Assembly (NCBI GenBank): GCA_904063045.1
Contig: CAJFCJ010000002.1
Location: 3,591,891 to 3,655,890, forward strand
Length of the DNA stretch: 64,000 nt
DNA from: Dimorphilus gyrociliatus
Taxonomy: Eukaryota > Animalia > Annelida
Reading direction: 5' to 3'
Program-made: the position numbers and the translations under genes
Shown here: in pieces, positions 1 through 12,173 of the stretch
Layout: each line of letters begins with the position of its first letter
Position numbering within the stretch: position 1 is the first letter of the stretch
Notes under the pieces: generated by a model
The model's database searches: none
What the model was told of the DNA's origin: nothing
The model's input: only the letters and a program-made list of their open reading frames with translations

Positions 1-1111
1 GAATGTTAATGTCAATCTTTGCAGCTATTTTTAACATCTGTGAACATTCCATTAAAATACTTTACTAATTTGGACCTAAGTATAAGAAGGAGGGAATAAC
101 ATGCTATTAATTGAAGTAGAACTTAATAAAAATTGTATAATAAGGATAAGAGTTATTTTAGGCACTAGAAATTTTCTATAATGAATGAAAATTGTTATTT
201 TTATAGTATTGATATCATCTTTATTTACAGAAGAAAATTTAACTATGATACTTATTTACATCAAATAATTTTTTAGACAATATGAACGTGTTGCTTCGGT
301 TTTTACAAGCTAAATAGCAAAAAGGAGGCCTTTAGATTTGTATATTGTAAAATGTGATCAATGTGAAGCAGAGGCCTTAAATACATTTCTTTTATTCAAT
401 GTTGTTTAAGAGTTTGCCTGAACTCATTTATGATCGATGAAACAATTTAATTTTTGACGTTTTAAAGAAAACCTAAAGGAAACTCTGTGTTCTGTGCACT
501 TCATAGCCAAAGGATAGAGGTAAGTGTCCTTTTTGATTAACGCATAAAGAAAAATGAGAACTTTATGCTAAAAGAATATACTTAGAGGTCATTTGCCGAG
601 ACGCTATATAAAGATTTACAGGAGAATATTGATGCTAACAAATTACAATCAACTCCAATTTTAGCCATAAATAAGTAGAATAGTGTATAGAAAGCACTGA
701 TGTTCCTATAGAACACTAGATGACTCTGATATATCAAAATTTAAATAAAAATAGTGTTCAAAATGTGAACAGTTTGAAATAAACATTTACTAAATGTCTG
801 ATTTTAAAAAGAGAATAATTAGTATCGGACAAAGTAGTTCAATTTTATTAAGACTAAACAATTGCCATATGTTACTGAATCAGGCTAAAAAGAGCAAAAC
901 ACAACAAATCGAAAACATGATGAAAAAAATAAAGGAAAAACAACGTCAGACCATATAAAATAATATAATGTATTGTCTTTTCCTTCCAATTTATCTATCA
1001 TATATCTTTCAATTTGAAGCAGTCTAGAATCAGTGTAAATATATCTCTACTGTTCCATCTTTTTATTTGCATATCTTTTACTGTCCTTCTCCTGTCTCTA
1101 TATATACTGAT

Positions 1112-1174
1112 ATCTTTTTCTTTTTCTTTCTCTCTTTCTCTCTCTTTTCCTCTCTCTCTCCCTCTCTCTCTCTC
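1112..1174. repeat. CT-rich/(CT)n simple repeat
   Basis: Degenerate pyrimidine tract ending in TCTCTCTCTC runs; it explains the spurious SLSLSF ORF at 1014-1217. Confidence 0.85.
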
Positions 1175-1445
1175 GCTGATATACGAACACGTATATAGTA
1201 CTATATTTTTGGTATAACTAACAGAAAGGTAATAAACGATAGGGGTCTTTTTCTATCCTTGTCACTTACTGTTGTTCTATCAGCTAATTAACACACAATG
1301 GTACTGTTTGTCTCAAAAGTTCCTCTTTGCTTAAAGAGGGCATATTGAAAGTAGTTTCATGTGATTAAAAAGATCTTATCACTCTATTTCACAGGTAGCT
1401 TAATTAAACCCAAACAAAGGCCTCTGGATGATCATCTTTCATAAC

Positions 1446-2808
1446 ATGTCAGCGAAAAAGGATACAGGCTATGCTTGGATAATAGCTATCAATTCTCTAT
1501 TAATATATAGTCTCTTTGTGATTAGTTTTACCTCATTTGGGGTTCTCATAGTTTATATCACAGAAGCCACAGAGCATTCTTATACAATTGTCTCTTGGAT
1601 AGGAGGTATATCAAAAGCGGTTACAGGTTTTAGTGGTATTTTCTACGGATCGATAGCTAAGAAATTCAGTTGTAGAACTATCTTATTTTCATCGTCTGTT
1701 CTTTTAGCAAGTTGTTATTTCGCAAGTGTTTTTGTTCATAGCGTGACGGGTCTTTTTATTTCGCTTGGTTTAGCTGCTGGATTTTCTTATGGAGCCTTAA
1801 GCTTTTGCGCTGAAGTCAGCGTAGCCGGGTGGTTCATGAAATCAAAATCTCTTGCAATTGCTATGTGTTCATTAGGAACAAGTATAGGGGTATTTATTTG
1901 GACTCCCCTTACCAATATGATGGTTCATGCGTATGGATGGAGGAGTACGCTACTTCTTCTTGCTGGTGTCCATTTAAATGGTTGCGTTCTAGCGATGATA
2001 ATTAGAAAACCTCCAGTTGATGATAATAAAGACGAAAACGACATATCTGAAAGATTTTGCGTTCTTTTCGATAAAAACCTGTGGACGAATGTTCCATTTT
2101 GCCTTTTATGCTTTGCACTCTTAGGTCTTTATGCTGGTCACATGCAGGTTTTCTTTATGTTGCCTACTAGAGCGGATGTAACAGGACTTGGAACCCAAAG
2201 CGGAACTTACGTAGTTTCATCTATTGCTCTCAGCTCCGGCCTATGTAGACTACTTGTTGGATACTTGGGAGATAGGGTGTGGTTCAATCGCTTTCTTGCT
2301 TTTTCACTATCTATTGCTGTTGGGGGGCTCTTAACCATCTTATCAGTTCTATTTCAGTCATTTCCAATGCTTATTACGTATGGTGTATTATTTGGAATAG
2401 TGTCATGTAAGGTTTATTTGCTTATAAGCTCAGATAAAATAAGATATTTCCCTATTATAGCTTAACTTTTATTAACGAAATATCATATTCTATCTTTTAT
2501 AAACATATTACTGTATGTTTCTAATAATTTCTCTGTTCTTCTCTGTATTTTTAGCTTTCTACGTGGCTTATACGTTTACAATGATAACAGACGTTGTTAA
2601 ACCTAAGGAAATTCCAGGAGCAGCCGGCTTAGCTATGATTTTTATCGGATTATCTCAACTAATTTCTAATTCATTAGGGGGTTTCCTATATGATCAAACG
2701 AAAAGTCCTCTCATACCATTTATAGTATTCGGAAGTGCGCAGACTACTCTTGGTTCTGGGCTTTCCCTTCTTTCCTATTATTTTCATAAAAGAAAAGGAA
2801 AACTATAA
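1446..2808 (+). CDS. Monocarboxylate transporter family (SLC16/MFS) member, copy 1; exons 1446-2406 and 2555-2808, 404 aa
   Basis: N-terminal KKDTGYAW equivalent of the MCT DGGWGW motif, VAGWF..K..LA motif, about 12 hydrophobic segments. Phase-1 GT..AG intron 2407-2554 joins the two ORFs in frame. Start chosen by match to the paralog (MSAKKDTGYAW vs MSDKKDTGYAW). Confidence 0.9.
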
Positions 2809-2996
2809 ATACGTCACATTAGTTAATTGCAGAATTATATAGTTATCGTAAGATGATTAATATTGCATACTTTTATTAAATTTTAATAAAATCTATATAT
2901 GATACAAATCGTATCATTTCATATCTTTCTTTTTATCAGTCATAACCAGTTAACGATTTATATCTAACATGTGATAATTTAATTCAGAAGAAAAAC

Positions 2997-4303
2997 ATGT
3001 CTGACAAAAAGGATACGGGATATGCTTGGGTAATTATGATCAATGCGATGATTTGTAATGCTCTTTCTGTATTGGCTGTTTCATCTCAAAGTATTCTGAT
3101 AATCTACATAACGGAATCTTTAGAAGAATCATACGGAAAAGTCTCCATAATGACTAGTCTATTAAATCTTTTTTATGGTGGGAGTTCACTGTTTTCCGGC
3201 ATTCTAGACAGAATTTTTACAAGGACACAATTATTATTCGTGGGATCATTTATGGTAGTTCTTTGTCATATACTGAGTGTTTACATCAAAAGCGTTTACT
3301 TATTTTATATCACACTTGGTATTGTAAGTGGAATAGGGTTAAATACCTTTACATTCTGTTCTGGAATATCAGTAGCCGGTTGGTTTGAAAGGAAAAAGTC
3401 TCTCGCCCTTGCCTGTATTTCAGTAGGAACAAGCATTGGATTTCTAATATGGAGTCCACTAACGAATTTAATAATAACCAACTATGGTTGGAGAAGTGCT
3501 CTTTTATTAATAGGCGCTATTTATGCCCATGGACTCGCCAGTGCATTACTAATACGGCCTCCACCTCAGGAAAATAATAAATCTTCAATTGAAAAAAGTA
3601 AAGAGTCTCCAAAGAGAAATATTTTTGATAAAAGAATATTTAAGAATTACTCTTTATTATTTCTCTATTTAAGTGTAATTTCAACATATACTGGCCACAT
3701 GGTACCCTACTTTTGGATTCCAACAAGAACTAAGGGAACCGATGTTGGCTTGGAAAAAGGTACTCTTATAGTTTCAGCGCTGGCTGGATCATCGCTCGTT
3801 GTACGAATATTTATTGGAATATTAGGTGATAAACCTTGGTTCAATAGAATGATTGCTTTTGGTGTAAGTCAAGGAATCTCTGGCGTATTATCTCTTCTTT
3901 CCTGTTTATCAGAATCATTTCCTTTCCTACTGGCATATGGGTTTTCATTTGGGTTATCTTCCTGTAAGACAAATAGTTTTATTGAAAAAGCTCTATTAAA
4001 ATTTTTCATTTAACCGCAGCTATCTATGTTGCCTTAAATCTAACGGTGATAACAGATGTTGCCGAACCAGAATATTTATCCATTGCCATAGGATGTAATT
4101 TTTTATGCATTGGAATTTCTCAGTTATTAGCAATACCAATCGGAGCATTTTTATACGATTTGACAAAGTCCACTCTGTCTCCTTTTATAGTTCTGGGTAG
4201 TTTACAAGCAGTCTTAGGCTCAACATTTGCCTTCCTATCATATTTCTTTTTTATAAGAAGAAAGAGAAAACTTTTTATTATTGAAACTGAGATAAAAAAC
4301 TAA
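2997..4303 (+). CDS. Monocarboxylate transporter family (SLC16/MFS) member, copy 2 (tandem paralog); exons 2997-3963 and 4020-4303, 416 aa
   Basis: Same motifs as copy 1. A 56-nt phase-1 intron (3964-4019) lies at the homologous position (SS|SIYVAL vs VS|SFYVAY). Confidence 0.9.
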
Positions 4304-5063
4304 ATATAGGAAGAAATTTTTTCGTTCTCTTAGGTTTTAAATAAAATCTTGAAGACTATTCTTTTGTTACTTTTAATTACTAAGAACCAAGAAAAAATTA
4401 TAATTATCCTTTGCTTTTCTGGTCATTTTACAATCTATTAGTTGAGACTTTGTAGAATTAAAGAATAGTATTAATAATGAAAAATAATAAAATCAAGCCC
4501 TTAAAAGCCCTGGTGAACTATAAATTTTCTTTAAATTGAGATATAAATCTGCTCTTACTTTATACTCTTTTTCGCTATTCCTCAATCTCTTTTTCACTAA
4601 ATTTCTTTTCAAATCTCTTCCTGCTGGAGAGTAATTTTGTATTGTTTTTATCTTTTGTTATTAAATATCAACAATGAAATTAAAGAGCAAAATTCGTAAT
4701 TGTTTAGCAAAAGGTGTCGAAATGCCAGTTGGTAATACAATTTCAAACACGCAATCTCTTTTTTTATGTTATGATGGCTCATTGATCTTTTTTACCTAAA
4801 AAAAAGCGGAAAATATGGTAACTTTTATCAATGGAATCTATTCATTTGGGACTTTTATCAGACTTTCAATAATCATTTTTAAAAAAAGGTAAGTAAATTA
4901 TTTCAAAAAAGTCTATGAATGGAAATTTTACAGTTTTATCTTTTGAAGATAATCTACAGTTTTTCTCTGTTATACTATAGCAGCATTATATATAGATGTA
5001 TATATAAATAATCATAGATCGGGTTTCGTCATTATTTATTCTGATCTAGAATAAGTAGCAATA

Positions 5064-5955
5064 ATGAAAAATATTCAATTAATTGCCATTGGCATTTTTC
5101 TGCTGTTGTCGTTGTCGACACAAGTTTCTCTAAAGGTATCTACTCTTTTTTTATACTTTCTTCTCTATCTCACTGACTTTCAAATGATAATAACCTGTCA
5201 TACTTATATAATTTCTCTGGTACTTTCACATAATTCTAATACTTTAATAACTGGGTGAGATTTTCTATTCTAGAAAAACTGTTGAGGTAGGATATACATA
5301 TGATGTTAGCTCAATAAAGTATGCAAGTAGTCAGTATTGAGTTCAATTTTGTTATTTATAACAATATTTAATGATAAATCATAATTATCATTTTTCTCAA
5401 CCAGAAAAGATTTTTTGATGGCTCAGGATCTGGCCTTCCATCAGGTGGAGGATCTGGCTTCCCATCAGGTGGAGGATCTGGAGGATGGGGACATCATTTT
5501 GCAAAGAGACACTTTTCGGGTGACTCTGGTACGAAAGGGGAATCAGGATCTGGTACAGACTTTGAGTCAGGATCTGGTAAAGACTTTGAATCAGGATCTG
5601 GTAAAGACTTTGAATCAGGATCTGGTAAAGACTTTGAATCAGGATCTGGTAAGGAGTATGAAGAAAAACACTGTCCTATTGTCTGCAGAGCTCTTATCGC
5701 GTCAGATGCTTATAAACATATAGACATGTGTGGTGATTGCGAACTCTTGAAAACTGGATTTCCTGTAAGTTACTTATTAAAATATTAGAATTAAGTCTAA
5801 AAGTTCTATATTACAATTAAAAGGGTTGCGAACATTGGTGTTTTCCAATTCCATGGATCGGCCGTATTTTCATAAGGGACTGCCAGAAATGTGATGCGAT
5901 CACTCTCGGACACGTAATTAGTTTTATTGAACATCATTTTGATGATTTGAAATAA
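5064..5955 (+). CDS. Secreted Gly/Ser-repeat, Cys-rich orphan precursor; exons 5064-5135, 5405-5764, 5824-5955, ~187 aa
   Basis: Signal-peptide exon MKNIQLIAIGIFLLLSLSTQVSLK|gt. Acceptor ccag at 5404 opens frame KRFFDGSGSG...(ESGSGKDF)n...CPIVC...CGDC (not the frame in the ORF track). A 59-nt intron (gtaagt 5765) leads to GCEHWC...DCQKC...DDLK*. The exon 1-2 join is least certain; a micro-exon near 5274-5286 cannot be excluded. Confidence 0.7.
5540..5659 (+). repeat. Coding tandem repeat, 5 x 24 nt (GAATCAGGATCTGGTAAAGACTTT; ESGSG[K/T][D/E][F/Y])
   Basis: Five consecutive near-identical 24-mers read directly from the sequence. Confidence 0.95.
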
Positions 5956-6642
5956 ATACAGTATATCATATTCTTGACATTGTTTATTTCAAAAATACAT
6001 AAAGAATGGCTGAATATGTCTATTACCTGTTTAAATAATTATCTTAGGACACTTATTAGTGAATTTAAACCTTCAGAATGATCTATATATTTTAATCTCC
6101 TTTCATTAAATCACTTCTTCCGAAGGAAAAAGCTTTCTGATTACGGTTTTTAAACAAAGCGCCATCTATCGATTTCAGTTTTCCTTGGTACTATTTATCC
6201 ATGAGAGAGATATCTAATAGCGAAGGATTAGCTGGGGACCTAGAATATTACATATAAAAAAGAGAAAAATTTTCCCATACAACACACAGAAAACATTGTA
6301 AACGGTCGTCTTTATATAAAAAATAACATTTATAAAAGATGTTTTACGTAGGAGAAAAGTACTCCAGGAAAAAAGTGTTACAGAAATAGTTCTCCATTAC
6401 AAAACTCAGTTAATTTATGAAGGTAAATATTCATAATTTATATTTTTCGAAGAGAGAAGCCATGACAAAGAGGAAGATTTTTCTTCAGTTTACTTACTCG
6501 TTAAAACAAAAAGCTATAATAATACTACAAGTTTTAGTACATTTTTTAAAAGTGTATTCCAATCAAAATGTTTAATTTGTTAACTAAATCAAACATTTAA
6601 CCTTCATTTATCGAGAATTAATTCTTAATAATTCGATTGAAA

Positions 6643-6849
6643 TTAATGGCGTAGAAGTTCACAAGAACATCCAGGGGGTCTTGAGCATCTGAATCGATTT
6701 GGAACTTTCTGTAGTTGTTCCTTGCAGAATGCGTAGGATTTGCAGCGCATTTTACATATATCTTGTTTGGTTATTTGCCTTTCTGTCGATGGCTGAATAG
6801 AGGAGCATAAAAGGGTAAACACTAGGAGACAAACTATTAACTTGTCCAT
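6643..6849 (-). CDS. Small secreted cationic 6-cysteine peptide (68-aa precursor)
   Basis: ATG start, hydrophobic signal peptide MDKLIVCLLVFTLLCSSIQP, mature region with C-x3-C-x5-C-x12-C-x5-C-x-C and 11 K/R vs 4 D/E. Confidence 0.75.
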   Translation of the reverse strand: MDKLIVCLLVFTLLCSSIQPSTERQITKQDICKMRCKSYAFCKEQLQKVPNRFRCSRPPGCSCELLRH

Positions 6850-8619
6850 AATTCCTTGTCAGAGCTATATTTTACAAGCAAAAATATAATTAATATATTC
6901 TAGATTATTAAATAAAATTAATAAAAGATATGAAAGAATGAATAAAGTATTTACCTATCAACTTTCGAGCTAAAAAGTGATTCTAAACAGAGAATTTCTT
7001 TCTTTTATATCAAATTTATTATCATAAAATATTTTATTGACAATAAATCTCTTTAGGTCAAAAATCTTCACCGCATCTCTAAAAAACTTTATGAGTTGCA
7101 GATGTGGAGAATTTATGTGCTATTTAATGGAATGATACAAAATCATTTATTATTGTATTTAGCGAGTAGTTCCTACCGTTTTTTATTTGTTTTCTTTCTT
7201 ATTTCTTTTCTCTCCTATCTGTTTAAGTAGAAAAGGAAGAGGTTTTTGAGTTTTCATTAGTAAATTTCCGGCATTGAAATAATTGATATAAATTGTTTAT
7301 CATATCGTTTATAACTTGGGCTATGACGGTTAAATTATAGAATTTTAGAATTGATAATCTATAACGATAATATATTCGCATAGTCTTATTTGAGAACAAT
7401 GTTTCATCATTCAAATATTAATCATTTTTAAGATTTCCATGAAAATATACACCCTAAGTCTTTACAGTTGCACTAGTTTTGAGACTAATAATTACTAGTC
7501 TTAATGATATTCCTCTTCACTTTAAAGTATGTTTCAAATATTGCACATTTCAAAATACAAGAAGATTTTTCTCTTTAAGAGTAATCTTGTCAATTCTTAA
7601 AACAGAGCACGAGACCATTAGAATTAAGGTCAAATTAATAAGCAGCTTTACAATAGCTAAGACAAAATTAAGTGTATTATTAATTATTTATTACAGTTGT
7701 TATTTTTTTTAAATAAATTCTTAGATTCTTTCCCTTTAAAACAATATATCTTATTATTCTTGTATATTCTAAATCACTTGGAGATTTAACTAGTACAATT
7801 AAGATTTTTGCTTATTAAACTACTTTCATACGCATTTTTTAATTCTTCTTTTTTATTAATAGCCGATTGATAAACTTTGATAATATATAAATCTAAGAGC
7901 TTCCCGAAAGGTTATTATATAGTAGGTATAATATGAAAGATAACTAGGCTTAACATAGGAAAAACTTGATTTCATCATATGAATATATTATATTTTGTTA
8001 TCACTAAAATATAGTTATCAAGGTGTATTAAATATTCATCGTGTGCAAGTAATTTAGATATTAGGAACAAGTTTTTGAACCTTAATAAACATTTATTACT
8101 CTATGATAAGTAATTATTTTATTTTTGTACCAATTATTATGACTTGGGCGTGGCTTTAGATAGTTTAACAATTCATAAAATATTAGTATACTAAGTAACT
8201 AAAACTTATACTATTAATACAGAAATTCTTCAATCTTTAAAAATGAACTGGTAATAGATTTTTCAAGAAAGAATGCTAGCTGTTGGCTAGAATAATAAAA
8301 GACTCCTTTGAGTGATTCATCAACCTATTTTCTTTATAAACAAGTATTCAGTACTGCTAATGTTATATTTTTAAAGCAAAAAAGAGATTATTATACTGTT
8401 TAGTGAATATTTTTAAAGAAAGTTTTCTTTTTATGAACATATTTAAGAGATTAGTTGTCCAACTGTAAGAAAAAAAAGTAATTTTTTCTACCGGTTTTCA
8501 ATATTAGTTAACGAAGAATATTTCACTAACGCCATGTTGTGTTAAATTTTCTGCGATCACTTAAAGACTCATGCTATCTTTAGGTTATAAATAACATTAA
8601 CAAGAAAACCATTTTGATA

Positions 8620-9338
8620 ATGGCCTCTAAAGATGCCGAACTCCTCGACATGATTGTTAAACATGGATTTCATAAACATAGCATTAGAGTTCCAAAACAA
8701 ATTTCAGGTCAACAAGTTGCTGTTAAAGACCTCGAATTAGAGATTCAAAATTGTATTAAAGTTCCTGTTGGCCGACAGAAAATCATTTTCAAGGGACGGT
8801 TTCTTAAAGAGTCGGAGAAGTCTTTAGCCTCGTACGGGATTGGGAATGGTAGTATAATTATGGTAATAGGGGATAAATTTGATCCAGAGTCTGATGAAAA
8901 TATGAAAATTATGGCGGTTTGTTACTTATAAATGAATATATTTTTCTTGAAAAACAAAAATTTTTTATAGACTTTTGAAATAAGTATAAGAAAAACAGTA
9001 AAATAATCGATATTTTGAACTTTTAGGGTATTGAACAAAAGATAAAGGATATTGAAAAGTCATACAGCGAGATGGAGGCAACCTTTACGCATTTAAAAGA
9101 TGATTTGTCAGTATCAACTAACGCAAAAGATTCTCAAGGTGATATAAAGGATTTACAAAAGAAAACAGCTTTTATTATTGAAAATCTGTCAAAACAATTG
9201 GAAAGTTTAGATAGTTTAGTATTATCTGACGAATTAACTATAGTCAAACAAAAGAGGAGAACTATCGTAAAAGAAATTCAAAGAATATTAAACAAATGTG
9301 ATAGTCTGGATGAAGAATTTGTAAATTTTTGCAAATAA
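8620..9338 (+). CDS. BAG1: BAG family molecular chaperone regulator 1; exons 8620-8916 and 9027-9338, 202 aa
   Basis: N-terminal ubiquitin-like domain (VPVGRQKIIFKGR...SLASYGI.NGS.IMVIG) plus C-terminal BAG domain (LESLDSL...KQKRRTIVKEIQRILNKCD). A phase-0 intron (8917-9026) joins them in frame. Confidence 0.9.
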
Positions 9339-9775
9339 ATATAATATCTCTTAGGAGTTCTAGGAAAAATGAAATTAATAGTTTATTAACTATTCACAAG
9401 CTCATGCTCTCTCTTTCTCGCTCTTTCTCTCAAACATATATTTTTTTTAAAAAATAAAGAAGTAATATAACAATGTTTTTTTCTCTCTCTACACTCAAAT
9501 AGAATTCAAAACAAAAAAGGCCCATAATGAAACAAAATCTCATTATTTTCAATATATAAATTTTCAGACAAGTACCATAAAAACTGCAAATTGATGTTCC
9601 GATTATATAATATAAATGCAATTAAAAAATATATTTAAGCCGCTTTCTCAGTAAGCTTTTTCAATTAATTAATATTGATATTCGTTCAATGTTAATATTT
9701 TACTGAAAGTCAACTAATATTTACCGAAAGGGAAAAATGAATTGACTAGAATAGATGGGATTCTTATTAATCAGC

Positions 9776-9776
<1 letters not shown>

Positions 9777-9828
<52 letters not shown>
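9777..9828. repeat. Compound (TA)n(GA)n microsatellite
   Basis: Read directly from the sequence. Confidence 0.95.
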
Positions 9829-11362
9829 TATGTAGTTGAATAAACAATATTTTTTTTTTGTTATAAATTTGAGTTGCAAAGGAAATTAATTAGTTAAAGA
9901 ATAATATTTAATATTACCATTGTATTTATTAGTTATTATCTATTCTTCCCTAACAGCACGTAGACTTGTTAATTTTTTGTTTAGAGAAAAATCATTTGAT
10001 AATGTAATAGGATGTATTGCTGCTATAGGGTAATTTTAGCCTGGGAAACTCGGTATAGAGCATATTATGAGGGATACAACCCAGAATTGCCTTAAGGAAA
10101 ATAAGTCTGATCACCCTTGTCAAGTCACTCACTACAACAGTCGTCATTTAGCTCACACTCTTACTTTATTCAGACTCTTTTGTATGTTTCTCTGGCTAAA
10201 ACTTACATTTCCAAAACCTTCTCCGTTCGCTTCAAAATTGCTAAGGGGCGCTCTTAAGAGTCTAGTCTCTATCTGTTCGACCCTTCGACAAACACTGTTA
10301 TATTTTGCTTACAGAAATTCAACTATTTCTTACTTTAATCAGATATCGAAAGCTTCAATTCACTGGTAAAACATATAAGTATAGTGTTAAGGATGTATAT
10401 TATTTTTAGACAACCACCCACAAACACTTTCTCTTTTGAACATAATTCCTAAAAACAACAAGACATTTTAATTTAAAACATATATATGCAAATTAACTTT
10501 CTAAGTTTTATTTGCATGAATAATATTTAGGACACTTAATAGTAGCACCGTTATTACAGCTATTTGGCCCTATTTAAGTCTGAAAATGACAAAAAAAGAA
10601 TAAATAGATAGTCATTAAAGTAGATACTTTGTTAGATTTATGGATAGATAGAGAGAAGAGAATTTTTCATATTTTCCGCAAATACTTCAAATTATCTTGA
10701 GTTTTCTCCCGTCCTGAAACTAATTACTTTACAAATAAAAATCTTTCAGAATTAATTTACAAGGTTTCTAGTTGCTTTTTTCCCTGTTTTTTGGCCTTTA
10801 TCTCTAAGCGATTTTATCCAAATTAAGTAGAATTATGCGGAAAGTAAAAGATATTTACACAAAAAATAAATTAGCAATTTTATTAAATAAAGATATTTTT
10901 CATTAATAGCATCCTTAAAGAGGGAAGAAGAAGGAGAGGAAAAAGCATATGGGGTTTTTTTTCAATGCAAAATCTAATTCTAAAATAGAAATATAAATAC
11001 TATACTCTCTATAAGATATAATTTCTCTTGTACTAAAACTTTGATATAATTAAAGTATTTTATTCTTTTTTTTTGGTTTTTCTCCGTTGTATTTGTTATA
11101 ATTTACCTATTTTTTTTAATATTTTTAGAAATAAAATATAGATGAAAGTTTCTAATTTATTAAATAATTACTGCTCCGCTTTAATTGGTTACTTTATTTT
11201 TGTTTTTATTTTATTTTGGCACATAAAACGTTAATAGGAATATGCTCAAATTTACCAAACATCAAAAGATAATGCCTAAATTGTATTGAAGTGTTCTAAT
11301 TAAAGAGGATAAGAATTTCAAAAAAAAATATAGTGAAGAAGAGAAATAATGTAAATATATAT

Positions 11363-11366
<4 letters not shown>

Positions 11367-11410
<44 letters not shown>
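11367..11410. repeat. (TA)n microsatellite
   Basis: Read directly; it generates the spurious IYIYIY ORF at 11318-11530. Confidence 0.95.
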
Positions 11411-11414
<4 letters not shown>

Positions 11415-11595
11415 ATATACAGCATATATGTGTATATATATATATGAAATAACACCTGTTTATTCAAAATAGTACGATAAGCACAAAATTGATATTCAAT
11501 TTCAACATCAGATTTTCTGTTATTCAACACAAATTATACGACTGTATATAAATGCAGTAAGCTATGTACAATCTACATATAAGAAATGTAAATAC

Positions 11596-11641
<46 letters not shown>
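11596..11641. repeat. (TA)n microsatellite, one interruption
   Basis: Read directly from the sequence. Confidence 0.95.
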
Positions 11642-11644
<3 letters not shown>

Positions 11645-12173
11645 TATATACTTTATATAAGTATACGTATCCATACAATTAAAACTTATTTTCAATCTGT
11701 AAAGTGTATGCACAAAATTTAATGTGTATCTTGAATTACAAACATAAATTGTATTGATTAAAAGTTAAAACGTTATTTATCATGTCCTGAGTATAGGAAA
11801 AAGTAGGACTTCTTCCTCTATAAAAAATGAATTTTATACAATTTATATTTATCAAGATTCTGTGTAATTATATAATTCTTTGGGAATATATTTGTATATT
11901 TATAAAAGTTAACATACTAAGACATTTATAAATTTTTGATAGTAGTTTTAAATAGCTTTTAAATCCTTTTTTCAGTGAATCCAATCTCTAATAGATTCAA
12001 GTGGAAAGAGATATAAAATATACTTATTAATGTTGTAAGAGCTTTAAAGTTTTATTCATTATTTAATTCCCTCCCCCTCTATTTTTCTCGTTCTTTCCTT
12101 TGTCTTTCTCTCTATTACTTAGTCCCTTCTCTTATTTTAAATTAATTTAACAAAAACGGAAAATTTATACAGT

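Noticed and set aside
440-700. Exon-like piece KPKGNSVFCALHSQRIE|gtaagt resembling a B-box start
   Set aside because: I could not build a continuous frame on either side, and the following exon lacks the remaining zinc ligands.
1014-1217. Hydrophobic 67-aa ORF (and the IYIY ORF at 11318-11530)
   Set aside because: Produced by CT and TA microsatellites.
5415-5723. ORF-track protein with QDLVKTLN repeats
   Set aside because: Shadow frame. The frame starting at the acceptor (5405) gives KR sites, Ser-Gly repeats and a Cys pattern continued in the next exon.
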